This document shows positions 1 to 11,559 of a stretch of 64,000 nucleotides of DNA, piece by piece. The translations under genes were made by a program, and so were the position numbers. The notes under the pieces are model-generated. The model made no database searches, had not been told where the DNA came from, and saw only the letters and a program-made list of their open reading frames with translations. The stretch covers positions 1-64,000 of the forward strand of contig JAUCBJ010008603.1 of assembly GCA_032718475.1 (NCBI GenBank), in the 5' to 3' direction. How positions within the stretch are numbered: the stretch's first letter is position 1; each line of letters begins with the position of its first letter. Origin of the DNA: Nemertoderma westbladi. Its lineage: Eukaryota > Animalia > Xenacoelomorpha.

Positions 1-536
1 ATACACTATACATATATTCAGTGTTAACCCATTATTATTTGTTTACTTTAGTTTAGTTTTCTCAGTAATAAATTATTAGTTAGTTATTTTCTGTTTTTCC
101 CCGGTCCCTTGTTTCAGTCAAATGTATCCGTCAATGTAGCCTGTTGTTCATTTTTCTGAATTGTTAAGAATTTTTTTGCAAAATTATATGTTGTTGTCCC
201 GTGTATCACTGGGCCCTGACTAAAATTATGTGAAAAAAATGACTTATTGTCCAGAAATCATGGGAAAGTTGTATGATAGTTAGATTTTGGTGTGAAACTG
301 ATTTCTTATTTTTTGTGTAACGAGTGGGGGGGGGGGGGGGGGGGGGCTTTCCATTTGAGAAATAAATGAATCATAATCTTCAGGAACAACATTTACTATT
401 ATTCTCTCATTTACCAAAATATATAATATCTTCTTCACTAATTTATTTTTTCTATTATTTATTACCTTATAATTTTTATCACGAACCTTTTTTTTTATCC
501 GGCTTCCTATCTGCTTTCCATATAACAACTATAAAT

Positions 537-2511
537 ATGTCATCAACAAATTTGCAGTCATTGTCAGATCCCAATGAAAAGGACGATGATGACGATGCTT
601 ACATTAAGATGCATCCCATTAATAACTTTACTCCTCATCATTCTTCATTACCAAAAACCCATAGAGATGTCGAGGATGAAGTGGTTCGTGAATCAAACCA
701 AGAGACTGATCCTCTCAAGACACCAACCCAGAAGCCGAAGCATCATAGGATAGTGGAAGTGATACCTCCCCAGATACCTATAGATAAACAGCGGCGGGGT
801 CAGAATAAACCGATCAATATTCAATCAAAAAGGAGTTCTAAAAAAACACGTAAAGGTATTAATTTTGACGAGTATGATGATAGACCCCGTGTAACCTTCA
901 GCCATCCCCCTATGTGTGCAAAACTATTTAATCGAGTTCAATTGCCTATCGTGCTTTTGGTCTTAATGATATTCCTGCTGATGGTCCTCGTATTGGTTGT
1001 TATCATTTTAGCTGTGTTGGTCCATGATCAATCAATTGAACATGAACACCCTCTTGGCGGGAAGATGTGGGATGAACCCAGACTGCCCAAATCGTTGACT
1101 CCTTTTCATTACAAACTCGATTTTACTATCCGGCTCTTTCCCGAATGGGTGTTCGCAGGTCGGGCGATCCTGGGTTTGGAATGCGTCAATTCTACTAATA
1201 TAATCGTATTGCATTCTAATAGTCTGGATATAAACAAAGACAAGATTGCAATCACATCTAAAGACGTAGACATTCCTGATATTGAAAATGTTTTCTACAA
1301 CATTGATCGCCAATATGTCATTGTAAAATTAGCAGAGCCTCTTCGAATTGGTTGTAAAGTTTCTGTGGTTATGGAGTTCCAGGGTGAGATTGGAATAGGA
1401 CTGTTTCGCGGGTCATTTATTGACCCAAATGAGAACATGCTGTACTATGCGGCCACACAGTTCCAGCCAACTTCAGCACGTTCTGTTTTTCCTTGTTTGG
1501 ACGAACCTGCGTTTAGAGCACCTTTCGTCATCTCGATCCGACACCATACCGGTGATAATGCCTTTTCCAATATGGTAGTAAAAGAAACCCAGGACCGTGA
1601 TGGATGGAGGATCACTTCCTTTGAGGAAACACTGAGTATGCCTACCTATCTCGTTACATTTGCGGTTGGCAAACTTGATTCAATACGACAGTTTCAAGCC
1701 GCTGACATCCAAATGGAAGTAATAGCACCTTCAGTTTATGACACTTCTAGTTTCGTCTTCTTTGAACTTGTCACAAGTCGTTCACTCGAAATTTTATCAA
1801 AATATTTTCAGATCCCGTTTGCTTTACCAAAGCTATCTTCTTTAGTGATACCCGATTTTCATGGGGCAATGGAGAATTGGGGACTAATGGTCTTTGCCAC
1901 CGATGTAGCTGCTCTTCCCGAAGGCTCAGCGGAGTTCCTCTACCTAAAGAAAGTGATCGCAAAGTATGCTGCACGTGAGATTTCACATCAGTGGTTTGGT
2001 AACCTAGTAAGCTTCTCGTGGTGGGATGACTTGTGGCTCAGTGAATCTTTCGCGCAGTTTTGTTATTACGAGACCGTGAACGCAATATTTCCGCAATGGG
2101 GGCTTGAAAACACAGCTGTTTACGACAATCTTGTCTCCATGGAGATTGATGCCTTGACTATAACCCACCCTACTGTTACCAATGTGACTACGACCGACCA
2201 GATATGGGAGAACTTCGATGACATCGCTTATAAGAAGGGTGCGGCTTTCCTACGGATGGTTCAATCCCACCTGTCGCATAAAAACCAGACTTTTCGTGAA
2301 GGAGTCGTCAACTATCTCAAGGCGAACCAATACGGAAGTGGAACCCCGGCCCAGCTGTGGGACCATCTAAGGGAGGCGAATGGTCGCGACTTGGACTTCG
2401 ATACTGAATCGTGGACCAAACAGTCTGGGTTCCCCGTCGTCGGTGTGAATGTGAACCCAGCCAAGTCTAGCGTCACTGTGACGCAACAGAGGTTCCTTGT
2501 CGATACCAGAG
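537..2511 (+). CDS. M1 aminopeptidase N-like type II membrane protein, exon 1 of join(537..2511,2704..3848), ~1039 aa; zinc motif degenerate (REISH)
   Basis: Hydrophobic anchor LPIVLLVLMIFLLMVLVLVVIILAVLV; M1 motifs RLPKSLTPFHY, ATQFQPTSARSVFPCLDEP, MPTYLV, GAMENWG, REISHQWFGNLV..WLSESFA, FDDIAYKKG, WTKQSGFPVV. Donor AGA G|gtatgt after 2511. ATG 537 (MSSTN) preferred over 366. Confidence 0.88.
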
Positions 2512-2703
2512 GTATGTTGTTAAAGGGAAACTGAATAGTTCAAAAGTATAAACTGAACACATTTTTAGACGTTTTATCATGCTTTGGTTTTACCAACAGA
2601 ATTTGCTTTCATTACATGTAACAGTTTCTGTAAAATAATTTTTTTATATTAAAAATGTTCCTTTTTCTGATTATATTTTATTTCCTTCCATTATATACCT
2701 TAG

Positions 2704-3848
2704 ACAACAACGGGTATGAAGAAACTTGGGTGTTTCCTGTTGCGTACACCACGTCCAGTGGCTCATCTGCTAATATCCTTCTCACCCACACTAATTCCCC
2801 TGTTGAGGCTCCTTTAGTCGGATTCCCACTTACTGATGAGTATTGGCTGTTCAACCCAGGTCGCTATGGTTACTACCGCGTCAATTATAACGATTGGTCA
2901 CGTTTCTCTAACGTCTTGTCCAGTGACCCCAGTACATTCCAACCTGCAGATCGCATGGGTTTGATATCGGACGTGTTTGCCTTGACCAAGTCTGGCCACC
3001 AACCAATCGGAACCGCTCTGGAACTCATCCGTTACCTTGTTAACGGGATGGACCAGGATGGTTATGTATGGAAAGTAGTTGAGCGAGAGTTGGATTTTAT
3101 CTATACGATGCTCAAAAACAAATCAGACAAGGAGAAGTTTGAGAAATTTGTTGTGGAAAAAATTATTGCATCGAACTATGTGAATGCTAAGAGTGATGAC
3201 CCAGATAGCGATTATTTTGTTACTATCACCAGAATCGCTTGTCGATACAAACAAATGAACTGCATTAATTATGCCAAACAAAAGTACACAGATTGGTTGT
3301 CGCGTGGAGATGATGTTTTCAGTTCTGACATCTCAGACATTCGGTCCGAGGTGTTCTGCGTCGCAGTGAAGAGTTTCCAAACGGACGCATCGGAGAAGCT
3401 TTGGGCCGCGTTTCGAGCGACCACGGATATCGGCGCACAGCGGGAGATCGTGCAGGGTCTCGGGTGCGGCGACGTCGAGGTCCTCGCGGATATGTTCGGG
3501 AGGATGTTGGCAGGCGAGGTGGTGAGCTCGGTCTACTCGGGAGCCAATGACGAGCAGGAGTGGTGTCGTGAGGCCGGAGCCCGACGCTTCTGCTGGTCGT
3601 TCATGATGAATTCGGTCAGCCTCCAGTCACTAATGGATGTGTTCCCAGTAAACAAACGGCTTGTCGGTATCCTGGCCAATGGGTTGTCCACCCAAAGCGA
3701 CTTGATACAACTCACGAGTTTTCTTCAAGACAATAACGGTAAACTAGGATCGTACGGAAGTGTTTACAAACAGTCATTAAGTCAGATTAAACGGAATATT
3801 GCTTGGGTTGAAAACAACATGGCCGATTTATTGAAGAAGTTGGAATAA
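2704..3848 (+). CDS. M1 aminopeptidase N-like, exon 2 (ERAP1-like C-terminal domain)
   Basis: Acceptor ccttag|AC completes a phase-1 Asp codon. GYYRVNY and DRMGLISDVFAL, ending IKRNIAWVENN, typical of APN C-termini. TAA at 3846-3848. Confidence 0.88.
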
Positions 3849-3915
3849 CATTATTCAAACTGCTGAAATGAACTATCGTGCGTTTTGTACATTTTTATTC
3901 AGTTACGTTTTTCGG

Positions 3916-4168
3916 AGACGGGGCGGGGGGGGGGGGGAGGGGGACTTGACGCAAATCCCATCTCGGTGAATTTATTTATAATCTCAATAGTTATAATTAT
4001 AAATTAAGAGAAAGGAGCAGGTTATAGTTACACTGATACGTTATTCTAACCAATACTATAGACTATTTTATTTTAGGTAGTATCCGGTAATGAGCTGTTA
4101 TTTGCGTCGATTTTCCCCTGGGGGGAGGATAAACCTAGATTGCGTCGATAGTCCCCCGCCTGCCCTCT
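3916..4168. mobile_element. Short non-autonomous inverted-repeat element (MITE-like), same family as 44866-45678
   Basis: Ends GGGGACTTGACGCAAATC ... GATTGCGTCGATAGTCCCCC are inverted. Internal AAAGGAGCAGGTTA and GCTGTTATTTGCGTC match 44866-45678 in reverse complement. Confidence 0.45.
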
Positions 4169-4436
4169 CTTGTTTTATTAATTTGTGATTTTTATTAATT
4201 GGATTTTTACATTGCGTGATTATCGAACTGAACCAATTCAGCTGACCGTCTAACTTCTCTTAGACTTCTCTTATTTTATTATTTTAATTTCATTTCAGTA
4301 CTGGTCGAGGGCCATTAACATAACTTTCAACAGATGCCAAACTGAACGCCAAAGTAATTTTCTAAAACGCCTTTCTGGAGGGGGGGGGGGGGATTCGATA
4401 GAACTAATTGTAATAATTGTATTAAATGTCCAAGCA

Positions 4437-6155
4437 GGGTGTGGGTGTGGGTCTCTAGCGTTGAACGGTGGGTTGTGCAGGTAAGGTGGATGGGTGTGGG
4501 TGTGGGTCTCTAGCGTTGAACGGTGGGTTCTGCAGGTAAGGTGGATGGGTGTGGGTGTGGGTCTCTAGCGTTGAACGGTGGGTTGTGCAGGTAAGGTGGA
4601 TGGGTGTGAGTCAGTGGGTCTCTAGTGTCGAACGGTGGGTTGTGCAGGTAAGGTGAAAGGGTGTGTGTCAGTGGGTCTCTAGTGTCGAACGGTGGGTTGT
4701 GCAGGTAAGGTGAGATGGGTGTGGGTCAGTGGGTCTCTAGTGTCGAACGGTGGGTTGTGCAGGTAAGGTGGATGGGTGTGAGTCAGTGGGTCTCTAGTGT
4801 CGAACGGTGGGTTGTGCAGGTAAGGTGGATGGGTGTGGGTCAGTGGGTCTCTAGTGTCTGAACGGTGGGTTGTGCAGGTAAGGTGAATGGGTGTGGGTCA
4901 GTGGGTCTCTAGTGTCGAACGGTGGGTTGTGCAGGTAAGGTGGATGGGTGTGGGTCAGTGGGTCTCTAGTGTCGAACGGTGGGTTGTGCAGGTAAGGTGG
5001 ATGGGTGTGAGTCAGTGGGTCTCTAGCGTTGAACGGTGGGTTGTGCAGGTAAGGTGGATGGGTGTGAGTCAGTGGGTCTCTAGTGTCGAACGGTGGGTTG
5101 TGCAGGTAAGGTGGATGGGTGTGGGTCAGTGGGTCTCTAGTGTCGAACGGTGGGTTGTGCAGGTAAGGTGAAAGGGTGTGTGTCAGTGGGTCTCTAGTGT
5201 CGAACGGTGGGTTGTGCAGGTAAGGTGGATGGGTGTGGGTCAGTGGGTCTCTAGTGTCGAACGGTGGGTTGTGCAGGTAAGGTGGATGGGTGTGAGTCAG
5301 TGGGTCTCTAGTGTCGAACGGTGGGTTGTGCAGGTAAGGTGGATGGGTGTGGGTCAGTGGGTCTCTAGTGTCGAACGGTGGGTTGTGCAGGTAAGGTGAA
5401 TGGGTGTGGGTCAGTGGGTCTCTAGTGTCGAACGGTGGGTTGTGCAGGTAAGGTGGATGGGTGTGGGTCAGTGGGTCTCTAGTGTCGAACGGTGGGTTGT
5501 GCAGGTAAGGTGGATGGGTGTGAGTCAGTGGGTCTCTAGCGTTGAACGGTGGGTTGTGCAGGTAAGGTGGATGGGTGTGAGTCAGTGGGTCTCTAGTGTC
5601 GAACGGTGGGTTGTGCAGGTAAGGTGGATGGGTGTGGGTCAGTGGGTCTCTAGTGTCGAACGGTGGGTTGTGCAGGTAAGGTGGATGGGTGTGGGTCAGT
5701 GGGTCTCTAGTGTCGAACGGTGGGTTGTGCAGGTAAGGTGGATGGGTGTGGGTCAGTGGGTCTCTAGTGTCGAACGGTGGGTTGTGCAGGTAAGGTGGAT
5801 GGGTGTGGGTCAGTGGGTCTCTAGTGTCGAACGGTGGGTTGTGCAGGTAAGGTGGATGGGTGTGGGTCTCTAGTGTCGAACGGTGGGTTGTGCAGGTAAG
5901 GTAGATGGGTGAGGGTCAGTGGGTCTCTAGTGTCGAACTGTGGGTTGTGCAGGTAAGGTGGATGGGTGTGGGTCAGTGGGTCTCTAGTGTCGAACGGTGG
6001 GTTGTGCAGGTAAGGTGGATGGGTGTGGGTCAGTGGGTCTCTACCGTCGAACGGTGGGTTGCGCAGGTAAGGTGGATGGCTGTGGGTCAGTGGGTCTCTA
6101 GTGTCGAACTGTGGGTTGTGCAGGTAAGGTGGGTGGGTGTGGTAAGGTGGATGGG
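4437..6155 (+). repeat. 57-bp G-rich minisatellite, ~30 copies, containing CAG|GTAAG
   Basis: Unit GGGTGTGGGTCAGTGGGTCTCTAGTGTCGAACGGTGGGTTGTGCAGGTAAGGTGGAT; 19-aa periodic ORFs in the track. Confidence 0.97.
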
Positions 6156-6647
6156 TGGGATTATCACTGGTTTACAATTAATTAATACACCAGATTAATT
6201 GGGCTTCCCAATATATATTACTCGGTTACAGCAATAGGACGGGTTCTAACGCTACGCAGTGGTGTACAGCCTTCAACCGCAATATTGAACAAAAGTAAAA
6301 CTACAATGCTATTGATTCTCGTTTATTGTTTCTGCTGTCTTAGCGCTTTTCCGCTTTTACACACCAATATGGTCAGTTTAGTTTGCCAATGATATGAAAT
6401 CATACTATCATTGTCTTGTTATCATTACAACGACAACATATATCGGAATGGCTTCCATACATCCTTTTAACTCCAACTACTGTTTGTCTACTTCCTTTCG
6501 TGACTTTATGATGTGACCGTAGTATTAACCAATGTATTATTTAACTCAACTCAACAAGTAGTGCCACGCGTTCAGGTGGCTGCCGGGAAATAAATACAAA
6601 TCTCCTCACGAGTAACTCAATCACAAACATCTTTTAGGGTACGCATC

Positions 6648-7075
6648 AAACTTCGCCCGCGTCCAATCTTCGCCCGCAGGCAATCTTCGCCCACTAAACA
6701 ATTAGTGTTTTGGTTAGAAAGAACCGTCTCTGTAACCTGCTACTTTCCCTCAATTGGTAACAACAAACATCGTTTATTATTTTGGTAAGAAAAGGCCGTC
6801 TCTGTAACCTGCTCCTTTCCATCAATTTGTTACTAAATGGTTACTAACACAAATCTTATTAAATAATATAATTAACCGCTGGGGACTCCCCTGAATACTA
6901 AATAAGTTAGAGTTTACTGATCGATTTCTGGCACTCGGCCAAATGAACAAACAACCCCTAAAGTCGGCCTGCCGTACCATCTCAACAAATCTTATTGTGC
7001 GAAGGTTGCTTGCGGGCGAAGATTGGACACGGGCAAAGATTGAACGCGGGCGAAGGTTGGACGCGGGCGAAGTTT
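6648..7075. mobile_element. MITE-like element with terminal and subterminal inverted repeats
   Basis: AAACTTCGCCCGCGTCCAA (6648) and TTGGACGCGGGCGAAGTTT (ends 7075), with repeated CTTCGCCC/GGGCGAAG subterminal motifs. Internal CTGTAACCTGCTCCTTTCC also occurs near 45563. Confidence 0.55.
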
Positions 7076-7148
7076 TCACCCAACCTCTTTCAGTCACATT
7101 ATTCCAATCTGGTATTATTTTTAACTAATCTAAATTATTATGTTTTAG

Positions 7149-7317
7149 TCTTGCAGTGAATACTTAACTTTGGCACAAACGCATAAGAAGAAATTGCTGA
7201 AAGCATTGCATTTCGAGAGGGATCAAAGAATTCGTTTGGAGGAGACCATAGAAGTACTTGCCAAACAGCATATGCAATTAGAGCAAAGTTGTCGGAGGAG
7301 CAATTCTTTAGGCCGTA
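7149..7317 (+). CDS. OSBP: Oxysterol-binding protein, first visible exon (coiled-coil region). Model: join(7149..7317,7793..7898,10314..10452,11117..11311,12565..12813,12958..13074,14514..14752,14880..15017,15393..15610,21544..21686), 5'-partial
   Basis: ttttag|SCSEYLTLAQTHKKK..ALHFERDQRIRLEETIEVLAKQH, matching the OSBP 'LAQTH..ERDQRIRLEET..LAKQH' segment. Donor A|gtaagt. Confidence 0.85.
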
Positions 7318-7792
7318 GTAAGTATACAGATAATATTCGAGCAATGGACCGAGTGGTTAAAGTAGCCATTACGGGAGACTCATAAACTATAAAACTAAAT
7401 AATTAACTTTATAGGACTGCTTACTTATTTTACGACGATATCAATTTTATTCAAGCAGTGCAGAATAAAAAGAGAGAAAATTGAAGTTATTATAATTTAT
7501 AATTATACCGAATGAAATGCCTTTTGCGTACACTCTACAGAACGGGGTTATAATCGTTCGATATTTATACCGATATTATGTATATACCACATCTATACCA
7601 TTTCTCATGGAATTTTTAATAAGAATGTTGAAATGATTAAAAAATATGTCTCTCAGTTAGTATTTAGTGAGATTTTAAAGGAACTATTTTTATGTTTATA
7701 TTATAACAGTATTTGTCTCACCTACTAGAGCCGTCCTTTGTAAAGAAAGTCTAAATTGTATTGCTATTATTTGCCGATGTTACATTTTCTAG

Positions 7793-7898
7793 GTCAATCT
7801 CCCCCAGGCAGCGACGATGAACATTCCGATGACGAGTTTTACGACGCTTTTCAGGAGTTTGAAAAATCTAGCGGTGGTCGCAGTGGAAGTATTCACAG
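7793..7898 (+). CDS. OSBP: OSBP exon containing the FFAT motif
   Basis: ttctag|; translates SQSPPGSDDEHSDDEFYDAFQEF (FFAT-type EFYDA). Donor CACAG|gtgaga; phases 1/2 consistent. Confidence 0.85.
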
Positions 7899-9510
7899 GT
7901 GAGATAGCCAAACGTACTGTAGAGCACAGGTGTGATAGCCAAACGTACTGTAGAGCACAGGTGTGATAGCCAAACGTACTGTAGAGCACAGGTGAGATAG
8001 CCAAACGTACTGTAGAGCACAGGTGAGATAGCCAAACGTACTGTAGAGCACAGGTGTGATAGCCAAACGTACTGTAGAGCACAGGTGAGATAGCCAAACG
8101 TACTGTAGAGCACAGGTGGATAGCCAAACGTAGAGCACAGGTGTGATAGCCAAACGTAGAGCACAGGTGTGATAGCCAAACGTAGAGCACAGGTGTGATA
8201 GCCAAACGTACTGTAGAGCACAGGTGTGATAGCCAAACGTACTGTAGAGCACAGGTGTGATAGCCAAACGTAGAGCACAGGTGTGATAGCCAAACGTAGA
8301 GCACAGGTGTGATAGCCAAACGTACTGTAGAGCTCAGGTGAGATAGCCAAACGTACTGTAGAGCACAGGTGTGATAGCCAAACGTAGAGCACAGGTGTGA
8401 TAGCCAAACGTACTGTAGAGCACAGGTGAGATAGCCAAACGTACTGTAGAGCACAGGTGAGATAGCCAAACGTACTGTAGAGCACAGGTGAGATAGCCAA
8501 ACGTACTGTAGAGCACAGGTGAGATAGCCAAACGTACTGTAGAGCACAGGTGAGATAGCCAAACGTACTGTAGAGCACAGGTGGATAGCCGACGTAGAGC
8601 ACAGGTGTGATAGCCAAACGTAGAGCACAGGTGTGATAGCCAAACGTACTGTAGAGCACAGGTGAGATAGCCAAACGTACTGTAGAGCACAGGTGAGATA
8701 GCCAAACGTACTGTAGAGCACAGGTGAGATAGCCAAACGTACTGTAGAGCACAGGTGTGATAGCCAAACGTACTGTAGAGCACAGGTGAGATAGCCAAAC
8801 GTACTGTAGAGCACAGGTATGATAGCCAAACGTAGAGCACAGGTGTGATAGCCAAACGTAGAGCACAGGTGTGATAGCCAAACGTACTGTAGAGCACAGG
8901 TGAGATAGCCAAACGTACTGTAGAGCACAGGTGTGATAGCCAAACGTAGAGCACAGGTGAGATAGCCAAACGTACTGTAGAGCACAGGTGAGATAGCCAA
9001 ACGTACTGTAGAGCACAGGTGTGATAGCCAAACGTACTGTAGAGCACAGGTGTGATAGCCAAACGTACTGTAGAGCACAGGTGAGATAGCCAAACGTACT
9101 GTAGAGCACAGGTGTGATAGCCAAACGTACTGTAGAGCACAGGTGTGATAGCCAAACGTACTGTAGAGCACAGGTGTGATAGCCAAACGTACTGTAGAGC
9201 ACAGGTGTGATAGCCAAACGTACTGTAGAGCACAGGTGTGATAGCCAAACGTAGAGCACAGGTGTGATAGCCAAACGTAGAGCACAGGTGTGATAGCCAA
9301 ACGTAGAGCACAGGTGTGATAGCCAAACGTAGAGCACAGGTGAGATAGCCAAACGTAGAGCACAGGTGTGATAGCCAAACGTACTGTAGAGCACAGGTGT
9401 GATAGCCAAACGTACTGTAGAGCACAGCTGTGTGATAGCCAAACGTACTGTAGAGCACAGGTGTGATAGCCAAACGTACTGTAGAGCACAGGTGTGATAG
9501 CCGAGCACAG
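7894..9510 (+). repeat. 31/26-bp minisatellite starting at an OSBP splice donor, ~55 copies
   Basis: Unit CACAGGTG(A/T)GATAGCCAAACG(TACTG)TAGAG; the first CACAG is the exon end. Confidence 0.97.
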
Positions 9511-10313
9511 GCTGTGCTATATCTAAGAGTTTAAACACAGTAACATGTATTCCTTCCTTGAGGAGCGAGCCATGAAGTTAGTGGGATTTCGCATATACAC
9601 ACACATTAGCTATTACTATCACATTATCTACTACTTCTACCGTAATCAGCCTGGTGCATTGAAACTGCACATTGAGATTCTATGCGGGCTTATGGACAAA
9701 ATTGCGCCGCCACAACTCCCTAAACTATCCCCCATGACTTTCGCGAGATTATCCGCATCTTCAAGGCCAGTGTCCTTTTAGATGCGTCTCAAGAAAGTCA
9801 TGGGCTGTCCACCATGCTTATTCACTCCATGAGGCTGCCAAAGCACAACATTTTGCACTGGCTGGTCCTCACGGCGAAAGCAATGTCCTGCAAAGCGGAG
9901 GCGATTTTGTTATAGTGTCAAGCTTGGGGGAACCAATGAGACACCTCCAATGTTATATAGTGTCTGGTTGGAGATGTGTGCATTGTACTTGACACAATGA
10001 ACCCGGAGTAGCATTCTTGTGAGTATAAATGACGGCTCAATGATTGTTTACGTCACTCTCTTGGCAACGGTTCGTGAGAATAGAAGATATTGAAAATTAC
10101 AGAGACTTTCACACAGATAAGCCTCGCAACTCACTATCACAATTTCAGCACAGTTTCAGTATTTTCTCACAGATAATGCCTAGTTGGTCCGACTAAAAAG
10201 TTATTATTTTATAACTGTGTTAGTTAGTTAACCTTGTGTTACACTAGTTACAGACTGGATGTGACCTAGTATCCTTTACAGACGTAGCTATGGTAACCTT
10301 TGATTCTTTACAG

Positions 10314-10452
10314 ACGTAATCCCAGTGCAGCCAGTTTCGATGGGTCCACTGGTTCCGGAATATCTCGAGAATTAACCGAAGACAACCTCAGTAGCAACAG
10401 CGACGAGGATGTCACCGCATTGGAGAATGGCGACGCATCTAAACACAGTGGA
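10314..10452 (+). CDS. OSBP: OSBP exon (linker)
   Basis: tttacag|A CGT AAT.. RNPSAASFDG..KHSG|gtaagt; phases 2/0 fit the neighbours. Confidence 0.7.
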
Positions 10453-11116
10453 GTAAGTCGGATCTCATTACGGTTTACTGTTTACGGTTAAAGTGCGTGA
10501 AATTTATTGAAGCTTTTGAAATTACCTTTTTCATGTAAAGCAAAAATTGAAAGAAACGGTTAAGAAATGGCGGAGGAGTATTTTTCGTGCAAAAAATTTC
10601 ATTCTGAGATAATCGCCTTCAAAGTTCGAACCTTCCCGCGCAAAACTACCAAGTATGGGGGTCTGGTTGGTTAATAGTGTCTGACAGGAAGGAAGCACAC
10701 CGCCGAGCTAAAATTATATTTATGGGGGTTTTCGGGGTCGCTGATCTCATTTCCGATGTCAGTTTTAATATTTGGTGGAATTTAGTATGTCGGTTGTCTG
10801 TCTGTCTGTCTGTCTTACATTTTGAAAGACAGATTGGCAGACAGATATTCCACGATAACTCGAGAACTAAAAGAGATCTCTCTAAGCCGTTTTCAGATTT
10901 GAAATCCCCTTTTAATTCCGCTCTAGTTGCAATAAAATCCAAATTTATGAAATTTTTTGAGAGGCAGGGGCTCCCCCCCCCCCCCCCCCCCCCCTTCATT
11001 ATTATTGGGGGATAGGCAAAAAGACACAAAAAAGAATAATTTTAATGTTCAATATTCTGGATGTTGTTATTAATATCAAATATGTTTGCTTAGTTACCAA
11101 TCTGTGTTTATATTAG

Positions 11117-11311
11117 TTACCGAATGACGTGCGGAAGAGCGGCGGGTTGGGAAGGAGTCAGACACCCCCAGAGACGGTAACAAAACGCCCTATAACGCCG
11201 TTAAAGAGACAACGGAGGACTACAATACGGGAGAAACCGGAGATGGGATTGAACCTGTGGTCGACAATGAAGAACTGCATAGGGAAGGAGTTGTCCAAGA
11301 TACCAATGCCG
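11117..11311 (+). CDS. OSBP: OSBP exon, start of the ORD domain
   Basis: tattag|LPNDV..RRTTIREKP..LNLWSTMKNCIGKELSKIPMP|gttagt. Confidence 0.9.
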
Positions 11312-11559
11312 GTTAGTGACTGAAGAGCTTTTATTTTATGCTTACGGTATGCCCAGTTTTCCAGGTCCGGTGCTATTTAAGTACGTATGTTGGTATTAGA
11401 GGCGTTTGAATTCAGTTTCGTTCAACCTAATTAGTAACTGCAGAGGTCAGATTCAATTTGAGAGCCAGCAAACCCACGACAAGCGAGCAAATAAACTAGG
11501 AGTGTGAGAGACTCAGAACTGACAATGCAGTGAAGGATGCTTAAACATTTGAAGTACTC

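Noticed and set aside
326-346. Long G/C homopolymers scattered through the window as a functional signal
   Set aside because: Several belong to MITE ends and their lengths may be sequencing artefacts; no independent support.
366-536. Upstream in-frame extension of the aminopeptidase ORF
   Set aside because: AT-rich, low-complexity, UTR/intron-like sequence; ATG 537 is the more plausible start, though unproven.
10490-11035. Possible non-autonomous (Helitron/DINE-like or MITE) element with GTCT microsatellite
   Set aside because: Motifs are suggestive but I could not define termini or a TSD.
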